Positions 54,744-64,000 are shown, counted from the first letter of the stretch. The stretch: DNA of 64,000 bases from an uncultured Candidatus Saccharibacteria bacterium (GCA_903859365.1 CAIOMD010000007.1:477-64476), one strand, 5' to 3'. Notes: generated by a model not told the origin, from the sequence alone. Program-made: numbers and translations.

Positions 54744-55361
54744 ATGAATTATTCCATTTGTATATCTGGAGCTTCAAGTGGTGAAACGGTAGCTTCGTCT
54801 CGAACGCTTGCGGAACAACTTGGCTCTAGCGTTGCTAAAGCGGGTCATATCGTAACAACCGGAGCTACGTTAGGATTGCCTTTTTACGCAGCTCGCGCAG
54901 CGTTTAAAGAAGGGGGTATGAGTATCGGGTTTTCTCCAGCTGGATCTCTACAAGAACACGTTTTTAAATATCGGCTTCCGATTGGTGTATTTAGCTATAT
55001 AAATTACACGGGTATGCATTACGTTGGGAGGGATGTATATTTAGTCCAATCGAGCGATGCTGTTATAACGGTTGGTGGGCGTTTTGGCAGTCTACATGAG
55101 TTTACCTCTGCACTTGAATCAAACATGCCCTGTGGTTTTCTTGTTGGCAGTGGTGGTGCAGCAGATTTAATTCCTGATTTAATGGAGAAACTTGAAGTGC
55201 CTCACAAGAATATGATTATTTTTGATGAGGATCCTGAACAATTGGTTAAAAAGGTTATAGCCAAATTGGACGAATTAAATCACGGCCTAGACACAGCAGC
55301 ACTTGCTAATAAATGGTTCTTGAGTGGCGAAGAAAGCCAACACACTTCGAATAAAGGCTAA
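54744..55361 (+). CDS. LOG/TIGR00725-like (SLOG superfamily) Rossmann-fold protein
   Basis: ICISGASSG...VTTGATLGLP...TGMHYVGRDVYLVQSSDAVITVGGRFGSLHEF matches the LOG-like pattern (MH-x3-R, then GG-x-x-G-[ST]-x-x-E). Confidence 0.7.
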   Translation: MNYSICISGASSGETVASSRTLAEQLGSSVAKAGHIVTTGATLGLPFYAARAAFKEGGMSIGFSPAGSLQEHVFKYRLPIGVFSYINYTGMHYVGRDVYLVQSSDAVITVGGRFGSLHEFTSALESNMPCGFLVGSGGAADLIPDLMEKLEVPHKNMIIFDEDPEQLVKKVIAKLDELNHGLDTAALANKWFLSGEESQHTSNKG

Positions 55362-55365
55362 CGTA

Positions 55366-57495
55366 TTATTTTGGAACCGGCATCGTAAAGCCGAAGGTAG
55401 AGCCATTACCTGGTTCTGATTCGAAAATAATACTTCCACCATGATCTTCAATTACTCGTTTTGCTAAATAAAGACCAATGCCCGAACCATCTGGCCGAAT
55501 TTTTTTAGCATTATCTGCTCGGAAAAATTTCGAAAATAACTTATCTTTTTGATCTTTTGGTACACCAATCCCAGTATCTACTACTTTAAAGGTAACGCAA
55601 TCGTTGTCATATTTTAGGTATATATTTATTTTACCCTCTGGAGAATAATCGATAGCATTATTTATAAAATTGGAAATAACTTGCTGCATTTTTACTTTAT
55701 CAAATGTAAATTTAGGAATAAATGTACTAGGTAAGTGGTAGTCTAATAGTACTTTCTTTTCGCTAGCGCTATCTTTATGTTGCTCCACTTCTGTTGTTAT
55801 TAACTGTTGTAAATCACCGACATTCATATCAAGATGAAATTTTCCGGCGGACATTCTGCTTATATTTAACAAATCATTTATCAGTGCCTTCATGACATTA
55901 ATTCTCTCCACTGAAGCATTAAGTTTGGATTTTAATTTATCATTCATTTCCCCGTAATAGCCTTGTGCTGCCATAGTCACATAGCCATCAATTGCAGCGA
56001 GAGGTGTAGTAAGTTGATGTGACGCCATCGAGATAAAGTCATCTTTTGCAACATCGGCATCACGCAGTTTTTCGTTTGCCGCTATGAGTTCTTTCGTTGC
56101 ATCATTGACTTTATTTTGTAAACTAACATTGAAATTTTGAATTAAAGAAAATGCTTTTGAGTTTTGAATCGCCAATGCTAATTCATTAGCTAAGGTAGTG
56201 ATACCTTTTATGTCCGAGTTATCAAAAAAAGATTCATTTCTTTTTGGCCCAATAACAAGATATCCAATTATTTGATTTTGCAGTTTGAGTGGCAAGAAAA
56301 TTGAAAATTGAAAACTTCTTAGAATTTTCTTCACGTTGCCGTTGCTCACCTCATCTTCTACCAACAAATCCTCACCAAGGTAATCAAGATATTTCTTTAA
56401 ATCCTTAAGGTTATATTTTATATCGTAGCCACCTATGTAATATATTTCCTTTTGATCAAGCACAATAATTGAGGTTCTATTGACCTTCATTCTGGAATTT
56501 ATAAGATCCACTATTTCTTTTGATAATGCTACTAAATTTATATCAGATGAAATGATTTGCGAAGCTTCTTCAATTAATCGCGCAGGATTATATTTGTCTT
56601 GTTGAAATAATTTATCAGTGAAGCGTGCAGTAATTTTTTGCAGTGGATAAAAAAGAAAGGCAAGTACCGCAGCAGCAATTACAAAATATATTTGTTGCAA
56701 AACCGAAAGAATTAGATGTGGGAATATTATATTGCTGAGTTTAATTGCCACTATTCCGAATAAACTTACAACGATAAATAGGGTCAATAAGTAGCCAAAA
56801 GTTTTGAGCGCTATAGTTTTTATATCAAACATTCTATGCCAAAAAATTGCATACGCGACAGAACCAACAAGGATAAGAAGTGTCGGCGTCCCAATTAGTA
56901 CACCGTATTGGCTTATATGAAATTCTGGTAAAACTATTTGTGTAACGAGATTAATGGTTACTGAGACAGTTATACCTGCAACCATTACTCTAATTTGTTG
57001 TTTGACAAGTTTTTCTGCATTTTTCTGATATCTAAATAATACAGAAAACGATATGGCAAACATGACTAGGAAGTAGAGGAGGGTAAGCCATAAAAGTGGT
57101 CCAGGTCCAGAGGTTACATTACCAGCAGCAGTTCGTTCAATTGATTTAATAACATACGGCGTAAAGCCAATAACTGCTAGCGTGAGGGCTGCTATCCATA
57201 CAATGATGTTTTGCATCGGAGTAATAACGATTTTAGCGTAGCTTGTGCTAAACATCAGAAATGCGATAGGTATAAAAATGGCAGCGGATGCTGCTGCTCT
57301 TGTAAAAACGAGCGCAAAACTGGTGTTTGGTAATTCGGAAACAAATGCACATGCAATATATGCAAAAATTGACATGTCAAAAAAGACAAAACTTGATGTT
57401 TGACGAGATTTAACGTTACGAGATGCAATCAATATCGCCAGGACCAACAATGTTACTAACGCAATTGTAAATGTTAACAGATTAATTATTGACAT
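55366..57495 (-). CDS. sensor histidine kinase (polytopic N-domain, GAF-like region, HisKA, HATPase_c); no cognate regulator nearby
   Basis: It has about 8 N-terminal TM helices, an H-box (MASHQLTTPL), an N-box (NFINNAIDYSP), G1 (DTGIGVP) and G2 (GSGIGLYLAK). Confidence 0.85.
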   Translation of the reverse strand: MSIINLLTFTIALVTLLVLAILIASRNVKSRQTSSFVFFDMSIFAYIACAFVSELPNTSFALVFTRAAASAAIFIPIAFLMFSTSYAKIVITPMQNIIVWIAALTLAVIGFTPYVIKSIERTAAGNVTSGPGPLLWLTLLYFLVMFAISFSVLFRYQKNAEKLVKQQIRVMVAGITVSVTINLVTQIVLPEFHISQYGVLIGTPTLLILVGSVAYAIFWHRMFDIKTIALKTFGYLLTLFIVVSLFGIVAIKLSNIIFPHLILSVLQQIYFVIAAAVLAFLFYPLQKITARFTDKLFQQDKYNPARLIEEASQIISSDINLVALSKEIVDLINSRMKVNRTSIIVLDQKEIYYIGGYDIKYNLKDLKKYLDYLGEDLLVEDEVSNGNVKKILRSFQFSIFLPLKLQNQIIGYLVIGPKRNESFFDNSDIKGITTLANELALAIQNSKAFSLIQNFNVSLQNKVNDATKELIAANEKLRDADVAKDDFISMASHQLTTPLAAIDGYVTMAAQGYYGEMNDKLKSKLNASVERINVMKALINDLLNISRMSAGKFHLDMNVGDLQQLITTEVEQHKDSASEKKVLLDYHLPSTFIPKFTFDKVKMQQVISNFINNAIDYSPEGKINIYLKYDNDCVTFKVVDTGIGVPKDQKDKLFSKFFRADNAKKIRPDGSGIGLYLAKRVIEDHGGSIIFESEPGNGSTFGFTMPVPK

Positions 57496-57626
57496 AGACG
57501 TCTATTTTTATATTCTCACCCTATAAAACTTATGGTAATAGTATAGCACTTATTCTGAATTACTACGCTTTTTATACACAGCTTTATTATCTTTAATTTT
57601 CTATTTCTCATCTGTTAATACTCAGT

Positions 57627-57632
57627 TATACT
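57627..57632 (+). promoter_or_regulatory. -10-like box (TATACT)
   Basis: TATACT lies 6 nt upstream of GTG 57639 (uvrB). Confidence 0.4.
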
Positions 57633-57638
57633 TATTGA

Positions 57639-59615
57639 GTGAATGAGTCTTTTAATTTAGTAACAGAATATCAACCAACAGGAGATCAACCTGCTGCTAT
57701 AAAAGCATTGGTAAATAATTTTTCTAATAACGAAAAAGAACAGGTGTTGCTAGGGGTAACCGGATCAGGCAAAACGTTTACCATGGCAAATGTTATTCAG
57801 CAGCTTCAGAAACCAACGTTGGTACTAGCCCACAACAAAACACTTGCTGCGCAACTGTACAACGAATTTAAAAATTTTTTCCCCGATAATGAAGTCCATT
57901 ATTTTGTTAGCTATTTTGATTACTATCAGCCTGAAGCGTATATCGCACGCAGTGACACCTACATCGAAAAAGATAGTCAGATTAACGAAGAAATCGATAG
58001 ATTACGGCATGCAGCAACAAGTGCACTCTTGAGCCGAAAAGACGTTATTATCGTTGCCAGCGTGAGTTGTATATATGGTATCGGTTCAGTTGATGATTAT
58101 GGTGCTATGGCAATAAAGGTGAGGGTAGGCGAAAAACGAGTTCGAGACAAATTTATGCGCCAACTCACTGATATCCAGTATAAACGAAATGATGTTGCAT
58201 TGGGTCGTAGTACGTTTCGTGTGAGAGGTGATGTGATTGACGTTTTTCCAACGGGAGAGGAAGTGGCATATCGAATTGAATTTTTTGGTGATGAAATTGA
58301 AAAAATTACTCAAATTAACCCTCTCACCGGTGAAGTGGAAAAAAAGCTTGAATCGCACACTATTTTTCCAGGTAGTCACTATGTGACGCCTCATGAAAAA
58401 ATGAAACACGCACTTGGACATATTGAAAAAGAACTCGAAGAAAGATTAGCCTATTTTAATAAGAATAATCTTCTACTTGAAGCACAACGACTTGAACAAA
58501 GAACAAGATTTGATATTGAGATGATGGAAGAAACGGGCTTCGTAAAGGGAATTGAAAATTATTCCAGATATCTAACTAATCGTGAACCCGGAGAACAGCC
58601 GGCAACTCTCATGGACTATTTCCCCGATGATCATTTAATCTTAATAGATGAGAGTCATATGACACTTCCGCAGGTTCGTGGAATGTATAACGGCGACCGA
58701 GCTCGTAAAGAAGTATTGGTAGAGCATGGCTTTCGATTACCAAGTGCACTCGATAATAGGCCATTAACATTCACAGAGTTCGAACGACATATTAATCAGG
58801 TAATTTACGTATCGGCAACTCCTGCAGATTACGAACTCAGCAGATCGCCTGCTCCAATTCAGCAGGTTATTCGTCCAACGGGATTATTAGATCCTGAAAT
58901 TTTTATTAGACCCGTCGAAGGACAAATCGATGATTTGATTGCAGAGATTAGAGACAGAATTAAAAAGAGACAACGCGTACTTGTTACAACTTTAACAAAA
59001 CGAATGGCTGAGGACCTAAAAGAATATCTCGAAGGTCTTGCGATTAAAGTTCAATATTTGCATAGTGATGTCGATACTTTAGAGAGGACGGACATTTTGA
59101 GAGACTTGCGTCTGGGAATTTATGATGTACTCATAGGGATTAACTTGCTAAGAGAAGGGCTTGATCTTCCTGAAGTAAGTCTCGTCGCAATTTTAGATGC
59201 AGACAAAGAAGGTTTCCTGAGAAGCGAGTCAGCGCTTATTCAAACTATAGGACGAGCAGCTCGTCATGTTGAAGGCAAAGTAATCATGTACGCAGACCAT
59301 ATTACAGGCAGCATGAAGCGGGCAATAGATGAAACAAATCGTCGTCGTGCGATTCAGGAAAAATATAATACAGACAATGGAATTACTGCCGTTGGGATTA
59401 TAAAGAGTATTGATGAAAGCTTACGATCAATAGTTGGGGCAGAAAGCAAAGAGGCCAAGACGGCAAAGATCAATTTAGATAAGATACCAAAGGATGAATA
59501 TCATATGCTTGTTAGCGACCTAACGGCACAAATGGATATTGCTGCCGCTAATCTTGAGTTTGAAAAAGCAGCTGATTTACGTGATCTAATTACACAAATT
59601 AAAAATAAACTCTAA
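57639..59615 (+). CDS. uvrB: excinuclease ABC subunit B
   Basis: It has [21 protein letters not shown], helicase motifs and a C-terminal UVR domain ([11 protein letters not shown]). Confidence 0.95.
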   Translation: MNESFNLVTEYQPTGDQPAAIKALVNNFSNNEKEQVLLGVTGSGKTFTMANVIQQLQKPTLVLAHNKTLAAQLYNEFKNFFPDNEVHYFVSYFDYYQPEAYIARSDTYIEKDSQINEEIDRLRHAATSALLSRKDVIIVASVSCIYGIGSVDDYGAMAIKVRVGEKRVRDKFMRQLTDIQYKRNDVALGRSTFRVRGDVIDVFPTGEEVAYRIEFFGDEIEKITQINPLTGEVEKKLESHTIFPGSHYVTPHEKMKHALGHIEKELEERLAYFNKNNLLLEAQRLEQRTRFDIEMMEETGFVKGIENYSRYLTNREPGEQPATLMDYFPDDHLILIDESHMTLPQVRGMYNGDRARKEVLVEHGFRLPSALDNRPLTFTEFERHINQVIYVSATPADYELSRSPAPIQQVIRPTGLLDPEIFIRPVEGQIDDLIAEIRDRIKKRQRVLVTTLTKRMAEDLKEYLEGLAIKVQYLHSDVDTLERTDILRDLRLGIYDVLIGINLLREGLDLPEVSLVAILDADKEGFLRSESALIQTIGRAARHVEGKVIMYADHITGSMKRAIDETNRRRAIQEKYNTDNGITAVGIIKSIDESLRSIVGAESKEAKTAKINLDKIPKDEYHMLVSDLTAQMDIAAANLEFEKAADLRDLITQIKNKL

Positions 59616-59653
59616 AAATTGATTTTCCTCTAGTTCTTGGCGCAACTTCCTTT

Positions 59654-59659
59654 TATACT
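59654..59659 (+). promoter_or_regulatory. -10-like box (TATACT)
   Basis: TATACT lies 6 nt upstream of ATG 59666 (gatC). Confidence 0.4.
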
Positions 59660-59665
59660 TATGAA

Positions 59666-59959
59666 ATGAGTAAAATTAGCGAGCAAGATATTAGAAAGCT
59701 TGCATCACTGAGTAAATTGAAACTTAGTGATGAGGAAGTGAAGCTGTATCAAAAAGAACTAACTTCCATTGTCGCCTATATAGAGCATCTTTCAGAAGCT
59801 GACGTTAATGGGCTCGCACCTACTTCGCAGGTAACCGGACTTAAAAATGTAACAAGAGCAGATGCATTGATAGATTATGGTGTTAGCCCGTCAGATTTAC
59901 TTAAAAATGCTCCAGCTAAAAAAGATAATCAGTTTAAAGTAAAAAGGATGATTGTGTGA
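59666..59959 (+). CDS. gatC: Asp-tRNA(Asn)/Glu-tRNA(Gln) amidotransferase subunit C
   Basis: 97 aa, with the typical GatC pattern (IRKLASLSKLKLSDEE...VTGLKNVTRAD). Confidence 0.9.
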   Translation: MSKISEQDIRKLASLSKLKLSDEEVKLYQKELTSIVAYIEHLSEADVNGLAPTSQVTGLKNVTRADALIDYGVSPSDLLKNAPAKKDNQFKVKRMIV

Positions 59960-61377
59960 ATTGGGACTCAATAGAAAAAATAGCCCATGATGTTTCAAGC
60001 GGAAAAGTAACGGCCGAATCATTGGTCGAACGCTCTTTGGGAGCGATAGAAGAAACAAAAGAATATAACGCAATTCTTGCCGTGTCTAAAATCCGAGCAC
60101 TTGAGCGGGCTCGAGAAATCGACCAAAAAGTGAAAAATGGAGAAAATATTGGCAAACTCGCCGGAGTTCCTTTTATTGCAAAGGATAATTTTTTAACTTT
60201 TGATACTACAACTACTGCGTCTAGTCATATGCTAGAAAATTTCCATGCGCCTTATCAAGCGACTGCAATTGAGCGTCTTGAAGCAGCGGGAGCAATTATG
60301 GTTGCTAAATCAAATCTTGATTCATTCGCCCATGGAAGTAGCACCGAAAATAGTGCGTTTGGCCCAACACTTAATCCACTTGATAAAAGTAAAGTTCCCG
60401 GAGGATCGTCTGGTGGATCCGCAGCTGCCGTCGCACTTAAAATAGCTCCATTTGCACTCGGCACCGATACAGGTGGCTCCATACGTTTACCAGCTAGTTT
60501 TTGTGGTGTCGTTGGATATAAGCCTACCTATGGACTCGTATCGCGTTATGGAGTTGTTGCAATGGCCAGTTCAACTGATGTTATTGGGCCCATAACCACT
60601 TCAGTGGAAGATGCTGCAGTTGTTCTTGATGTTATGAGCGGCAAAGATCGATTTGATGGTACAACTATTGATCGTGACTTAGACATATACGATGGAAAGC
60701 CATTTAGCCTTAAGGGCAAAAAGATAGGACTCCTCAAAGAATATCTTTCAAGTGGTATTGATGAGGGCGTGAAGAAGGTTGTTCTTGATACTGTTGAAAA
60801 AATTAAAGCCCAAGGAGCAGAAATAGTTGAAGTAAGTATCCCTTCAATTTCACTTTCACTAGCATGCTATTACGTGCTTGTACCTGCAGAAGTCAGTAGT
60901 AATTTAAGTAGATACGATGGTCAACGTTATGGTCTAAGTGATACTACAGCTAAAAATCTAGATGAAAGTTTTGAGAAGAGTCGTGCTGCTGGATTTGAGG
61001 CTGAAAATAAGCGAAGAATAATGATTGGAACTTACGTACTCAGCAGCGGTTACTACGACGCATATTATAAGAAGGCTCAAATTGTCAGAACAAAACTTAT
61101 AAATGAATTCAATACAGTTTTTGAAAAAGTAGATTATTTGATAGGGCCGACCGCTCCAATGACTGCTTTTGAAATAGGTAAAAATGTAGATGATCAATTG
61201 CAAATGTATCTCGCAGATATTATGACGGTATCCGCTAACCTGGTCGGAATTCCTTCTATTAGTATTCCAGCAGGAAACGCGAATAGCATGCCAGTAGGTT
61301 TGCAGCTTATGGCGCCACAGAAAAGTGACCGGAATTTATTAGCACTCGCAGCAGCAATTGAAAAGGAAATAGAATGA
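59956..61377 (+). CDS. gatA: Asp-tRNA(Asn)/Glu-tRNA(Gln) amidotransferase subunit A
   Basis: The amidase signature is GGSSGGSAAAVA...GTDTGGSIRLPA. GTGA overlap with gatC. Confidence 0.95.
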   Translation: MNWDSIEKIAHDVSSGKVTAESLVERSLGAIEETKEYNAILAVSKIRALERAREIDQKVKNGENIGKLAGVPFIAKDNFLTFDTTTTASSHMLENFHAPYQATAIERLEAAGAIMVAKSNLDSFAHGSSTENSAFGPTLNPLDKSKVPGGSSGGSAAAVALKIAPFALGTDTGGSIRLPASFCGVVGYKPTYGLVSRYGVVAMASSTDVIGPITTSVEDAAVVLDVMSGKDRFDGTTIDRDLDIYDGKPFSLKGKKIGLLKEYLSSGIDEGVKKVVLDTVEKIKAQGAEIVEVSIPSISLSLACYYVLVPAEVSSNLSRYDGQRYGLSDTTAKNLDESFEKSRAAGFEAENKRRIMIGTYVLSSGYYDAYYKKAQIVRTKLINEFNTVFEKVDYLIGPTAPMTAFEIGKNVDDQLQMYLADIMTVSANLVGIPSISIPAGNANSMPVGLQLMAPQKSDRNLLALAAAIEKEIE

Positions 61378-61781
61378 GCATATCAGCAATCATAGCTATC
61401 ATTGTCTGTGCAGTCGCAGTCCTTAGTATTATAAGTCTCGCATCACGTTCAAATCCTAAGGGAATTGACAGGCTACATTTCAAAAATGAATGGAACGATA
61501 TCCTACTTGTTTTTAAGGATGATAAAACCAAAGAATTGAGTATTATCCAAGCTGATAAATTGTTGGATGAAGCGTTGAAGTGTCTAGGATTTACAGGTAC
61601 CAGTTTGAGTCAAAGATTAATCGGCGCAAAACATAAGCTTAAGCATCGAGACGAGGTATGGAACGCTCATAAGCTTAGAAATAAAATTGTGCACGAAAGT
61701 ACCTACCATCCTACTGCTGGTGATATCAAGGTTGCCTTAAGGGGTTATTACAAAACCTTTAAAGATTTGGGAGTGCTATGA
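61374..61781 (+). CDS. membrane-anchored small protein with an Rx4H (HEPN-like) motif
   Basis: It has an N-terminal TM helix (ISAIIAIIVCAVAVLSIISLA) and a helical domain of about 105 aa containing WNAHKLRNKIVHE. ATGA overlaps occur at both ends, with gatA and gatB. Confidence 0.6.
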   Translation: MSISAIIAIIVCAVAVLSIISLASRSNPKGIDRLHFKNEWNDILLVFKDDKTKELSIIQADKLLDEALKCLGFTGTSLSQRLIGAKHKLKHRDEVWNAHKLRNKIVHESTYHPTAGDIKVALRGYYKTFKDLGVL

Positions 61782-63235
61782 TGGAGAAATATATAATCAA
61801 AGGATATTATCCGACTATTGGTATTGAGTGTCACGTTCAGTTGAAGACAAAGACTAAGCTCTTTTCGGGCATAAATAATGATGCTCGTGATGCTGCCCCT
61901 AATACACTCATCAGTCCTTTGTGTGTTGGGCTCCCAGGAACACTACCGATTTTAAATGAACAAGCAGTCGCACTTGCAATTCGTGCTGGACTCGCACTTC
62001 GCGCTGAAATTGCCGAAGAAAGTGTTTTTGATCGAAAACATTATTTTTACCCTGACTTACCAAAAGGTTATCAGATTACTCAATTTGCACAGCCAATTGT
62101 CGGTAAGGGTATTGTAGAAGCGCATCTTGATGATGGCACACTATTTGCAGTTAATATCACAAGAGCACATCTTGAAGAGGACGCCGGCAAAAGTACTCAT
62201 CCTGCAGGCGAAGACTACTCGCTAGTTGATCTTAATCGTGCTGGTACGCCACTATTGGAAATTGTTTCTGAACCCGAAATACATAGCGGTGAAGAAGCTC
62301 GCGCCTACGCCCATGAACTAAACTTACTTATGAAATATGCAGAAGTTTCTGAAGCTGATCTTTTTCAAGGTAATATGCGTTTTGATGTAAACGTTAGCGT
62401 AAGTAAAGATCCTGAAAAGCTAGGAACAAGAAGTGAGACTAAGAATCTCAACAGTTTTAAGAGCGTTGAAAAGGCAGTTGAATTTGAAATACTACGTCAA
62501 ATCGATTTACTGGAAAAAGGACAACCCATCGTACAGGAAACGAGAGGCTGGGATGATGCTAAGCAAAAAACATTTAGTCAACGATCTAAAGAGGACGCAC
62601 ATGATTATCGTTATTTCCCAGAACCAGATGTTCCACCAATAGTTGTTACAAAGGAGGCAATTGAGGCTACCGCGCAAACTATGCCCCTATTGCCAGCTGC
62701 ACTCCGCGAGCGTTTCGGAACATTTGGTTTATCTAGCCCACAAATAAGTATTATTCTTGAGGATAGAGAACTAGCTGCTATTATCCGATTTATTACTGAA
62801 GAGCATGATGAAAAAACAGCTCGAACAATTGCCAATTGGTGCTTAGGTGAAATAATGCGGCAAGTAGCTGACAATAAATTGACCTGGCAAGCAGTTATGA
62901 GCGCAGTTCCACAACTTGTCACACTTGCTTCAATGGTTGACGACAACCGCTTAAGTTCAACCGCAGCCAAAGAATTACTTGAGGAAATTGTTACCGATAA
63001 GAAAGATCCTCTTAAGCTTGCAGAGGATAAGAATTTAATTCAGATTTCTGATGATGGGGCACTTGTAATGATTGTTGAGCAGGTATTAAATGATAACGTT
63101 AAGGCAGCGGATGATGTTCGTAGTGGAGAGCTCAAAGCAATCGGCTACTTAGTAGGCCAGGTTATGAAAGCATCTGCCGGAAGAGCGAATCCTGCTGTTG
63201 TTCAAGCATTAATAAAAAAACAATTGGAGAAGTAG
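61778..63235 (+). CDS. gatB: Asp-tRNA(Asn)/Glu-tRNA(Gln) amidotransferase subunit B
   Basis: It contains IGIECHVQL, FDRKHYFYPDLPKGYQITQ and HLEEDAGK, plus a C-terminal YqeY-like domain. Confidence 0.95.
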   Translation: MMEKYIIKGYYPTIGIECHVQLKTKTKLFSGINNDARDAAPNTLISPLCVGLPGTLPILNEQAVALAIRAGLALRAEIAEESVFDRKHYFYPDLPKGYQITQFAQPIVGKGIVEAHLDDGTLFAVNITRAHLEEDAGKSTHPAGEDYSLVDLNRAGTPLLEIVSEPEIHSGEEARAYAHELNLLMKYAEVSEADLFQGNMRFDVNVSVSKDPEKLGTRSETKNLNSFKSVEKAVEFEILRQIDLLEKGQPIVQETRGWDDAKQKTFSQRSKEDAHDYRYFPEPDVPPIVVTKEAIEATAQTMPLLPAALRERFGTFGLSSPQISIILEDRELAAIIRFITEEHDEKTARTIANWCLGEIMRQVADNKLTWQAVMSAVPQLVTLASMVDDNRLSSTAAKELLEEIVTDKKDPLKLAEDKNLIQISDDGALVMIVEQVLNDNVKAADDVRSGELKAIGYLVGQVMKASAGRANPAVVQALIKKQLEK

Positions 63236-63240
63236 TAACT

Positions 63241-64000
63241 ATGAAACAACCAACTAAAGCCATTATTGCAGCTGCTGGACTCGGAACTCGTTTTTTACCG
63301 CAAACCAAAGCCATGCCCAAAGAAATGCTTCCTATTATTGATAAACCGGTAATACAAATTATTGTCGAACAACTTGTTGCAAGCGGCGTTACTGACATCA
63401 TAATCGTTACTGGAAGTACAAAGCGAGCGATTGAAGATCATTTTGATAGAAGCGATGAGCTCGAATATGAATTACGCCAAAAAGGTAAAGATGATTTAGC
63501 AGATGAAATCAGAAAAATATCTGAACTTGCTAACTTTATTTATATTCGCCAAAAAGGAACTCCAAAAGGAAACGCTCGACCACTCATTAATGCATCACAT
63601 TTACTAGCTGAAGATGAACCATTTTTCATGTTTTTTGCAGACGATTTTTTCCGCTCAGAAGTTCCCCACGCAAAGCAATTATTAGATGTCTACAACGAAA
63701 CAGGAAAATCAGTCATCTCACTTCTTGAAGTAGAGCCAAAGGATACTTCTAAATACGGTATCGTTAAAATTTCAAATAAGTTAAGTGATAAGGTATTTGA
63801 GATAGCTGAACTTGTAGAGAAACCTGGCCCTGAAATGGCTCCATCGAATATAGCATCAGTAGGAGGCTATCTACTAACTCCGGATGTTTTGCCAATAGTT
63901 TTATTAGAAAAAATAGGACACGGGGGAGAAATTGGTTTGTCGCATAGTGTTAGCGAACTAGCAGAAACAGGGCGAGTAGTCGGGAAATTTATTGATGGAG
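63241..64000 (+). CDS. galU: UTP--glucose-1-phosphate uridylyltransferase (3'-truncated by the window edge)
   Basis: MKQPTKAIIAAAGLGTRFLPQTKAMPKEMLPIIDKPVIQ is the GalU N-terminus. The frame stays open to position 64000. It is absent from the ORF track because it has no stop codon. Confidence 0.9.
   Translation, partial: MKQPTKAIIAAAGLGTRFLPQTKAMPKEMLPIIDKPVIQIIVEQLVASGVTDIIIVTGSTKRAIEDHFDRSDELEYELRQKGKDDLADEIRKISELANFIYIRQKGTPKGNARPLINASHLLAEDEPFFMFFADDFFRSEVPHAKQLLDVYNETGKSVISLLEVEPKDTSKYGIVKISNKLSDKVFEIAELVEKPGPEMAPSNIASVGGYLLTPDVLPIVLLEKIGHGGEIGLSHSVSELAETGRVVGKFIDG

Noticed and set aside
1-64000. CRISPR arrays, rRNA genes, canonical tRNA genes, intact IS elements or prophage blocks
   Set aside because: No regularly spaced direct repeats, no rRNA-like conserved stretches and no transposase or integrase ORFs were seen, beyond the recombinase stub at 1-282. 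Intergenic regions are short, and all were read by eye. A computational repeat scan would be needed for certainty.

Overview
The window is a compact, AT-rich bacterial chromosome segment with about 60 protein genes on both strands, short intergenic gaps and many 4-nt start/stop overlaps. The gene content points to a reduced-genome, monoderm-like Patescibacteria/CPR organism, most likely a Saccharibacterium (TM7). This placement is inference, not a database result. The supporting genes are a type-1 rhodopsin with a D-T-S helix-C motif, sortase plus a surface protein, a type IV pilin-like protein, gatCAB, split transketolase, and glycogen-type GT/GH57/GH15 enzymes.

Recognisable blocks:
- an alpha-glucan module (3153-7501)
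- a four-gene inositol-phospholipid operon that includes a CDP-archaeol-synthase-like gene (15130-18059)
- rhodopsin plus an SDR (18204-19913)
- metal transport (NRAMP, P1B-ATPase)
- a redox/thiol set (NDH-2-like, FAD oxidase, DsbB, DsbA-like, TrxB, NrdH-like)
- pheST
- an ABC plus RND exporter pair
- a glycolysis/pentose-phosphate supercluster (47487-53448)
- uvrB, gatCAB and the start of galU

No rRNA, CRISPR array or intact mobile element was seen.

Observations most worth follow-up:
1. A promoter-to-terminator, GC-rich unit of about 590 nt between pheT and the ABC exporter (37569-38197). It has nested long-range helices and an embedded tRNA-like cloverleaf carrying a G3:U70 pair and an oversized anticodon loop.
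2. The CarS-like/PIP-synthase/MIPS/HAD operon.
3. A membrane-anchored protein with an Rx4H (HEPN-like) motif, translationally coupled between gatA and gatB.
4. An unknown 418-aa protein coupled to a LOG/TIGR00725-like protein at the end of the sugar-phosphate cluster.
5. A recurrent -10-like hexamer 6-10 nt upstream of many start codons, implying widespread leaderless transcription.

All functional calls come from motif recognition by eye. No searches were run.
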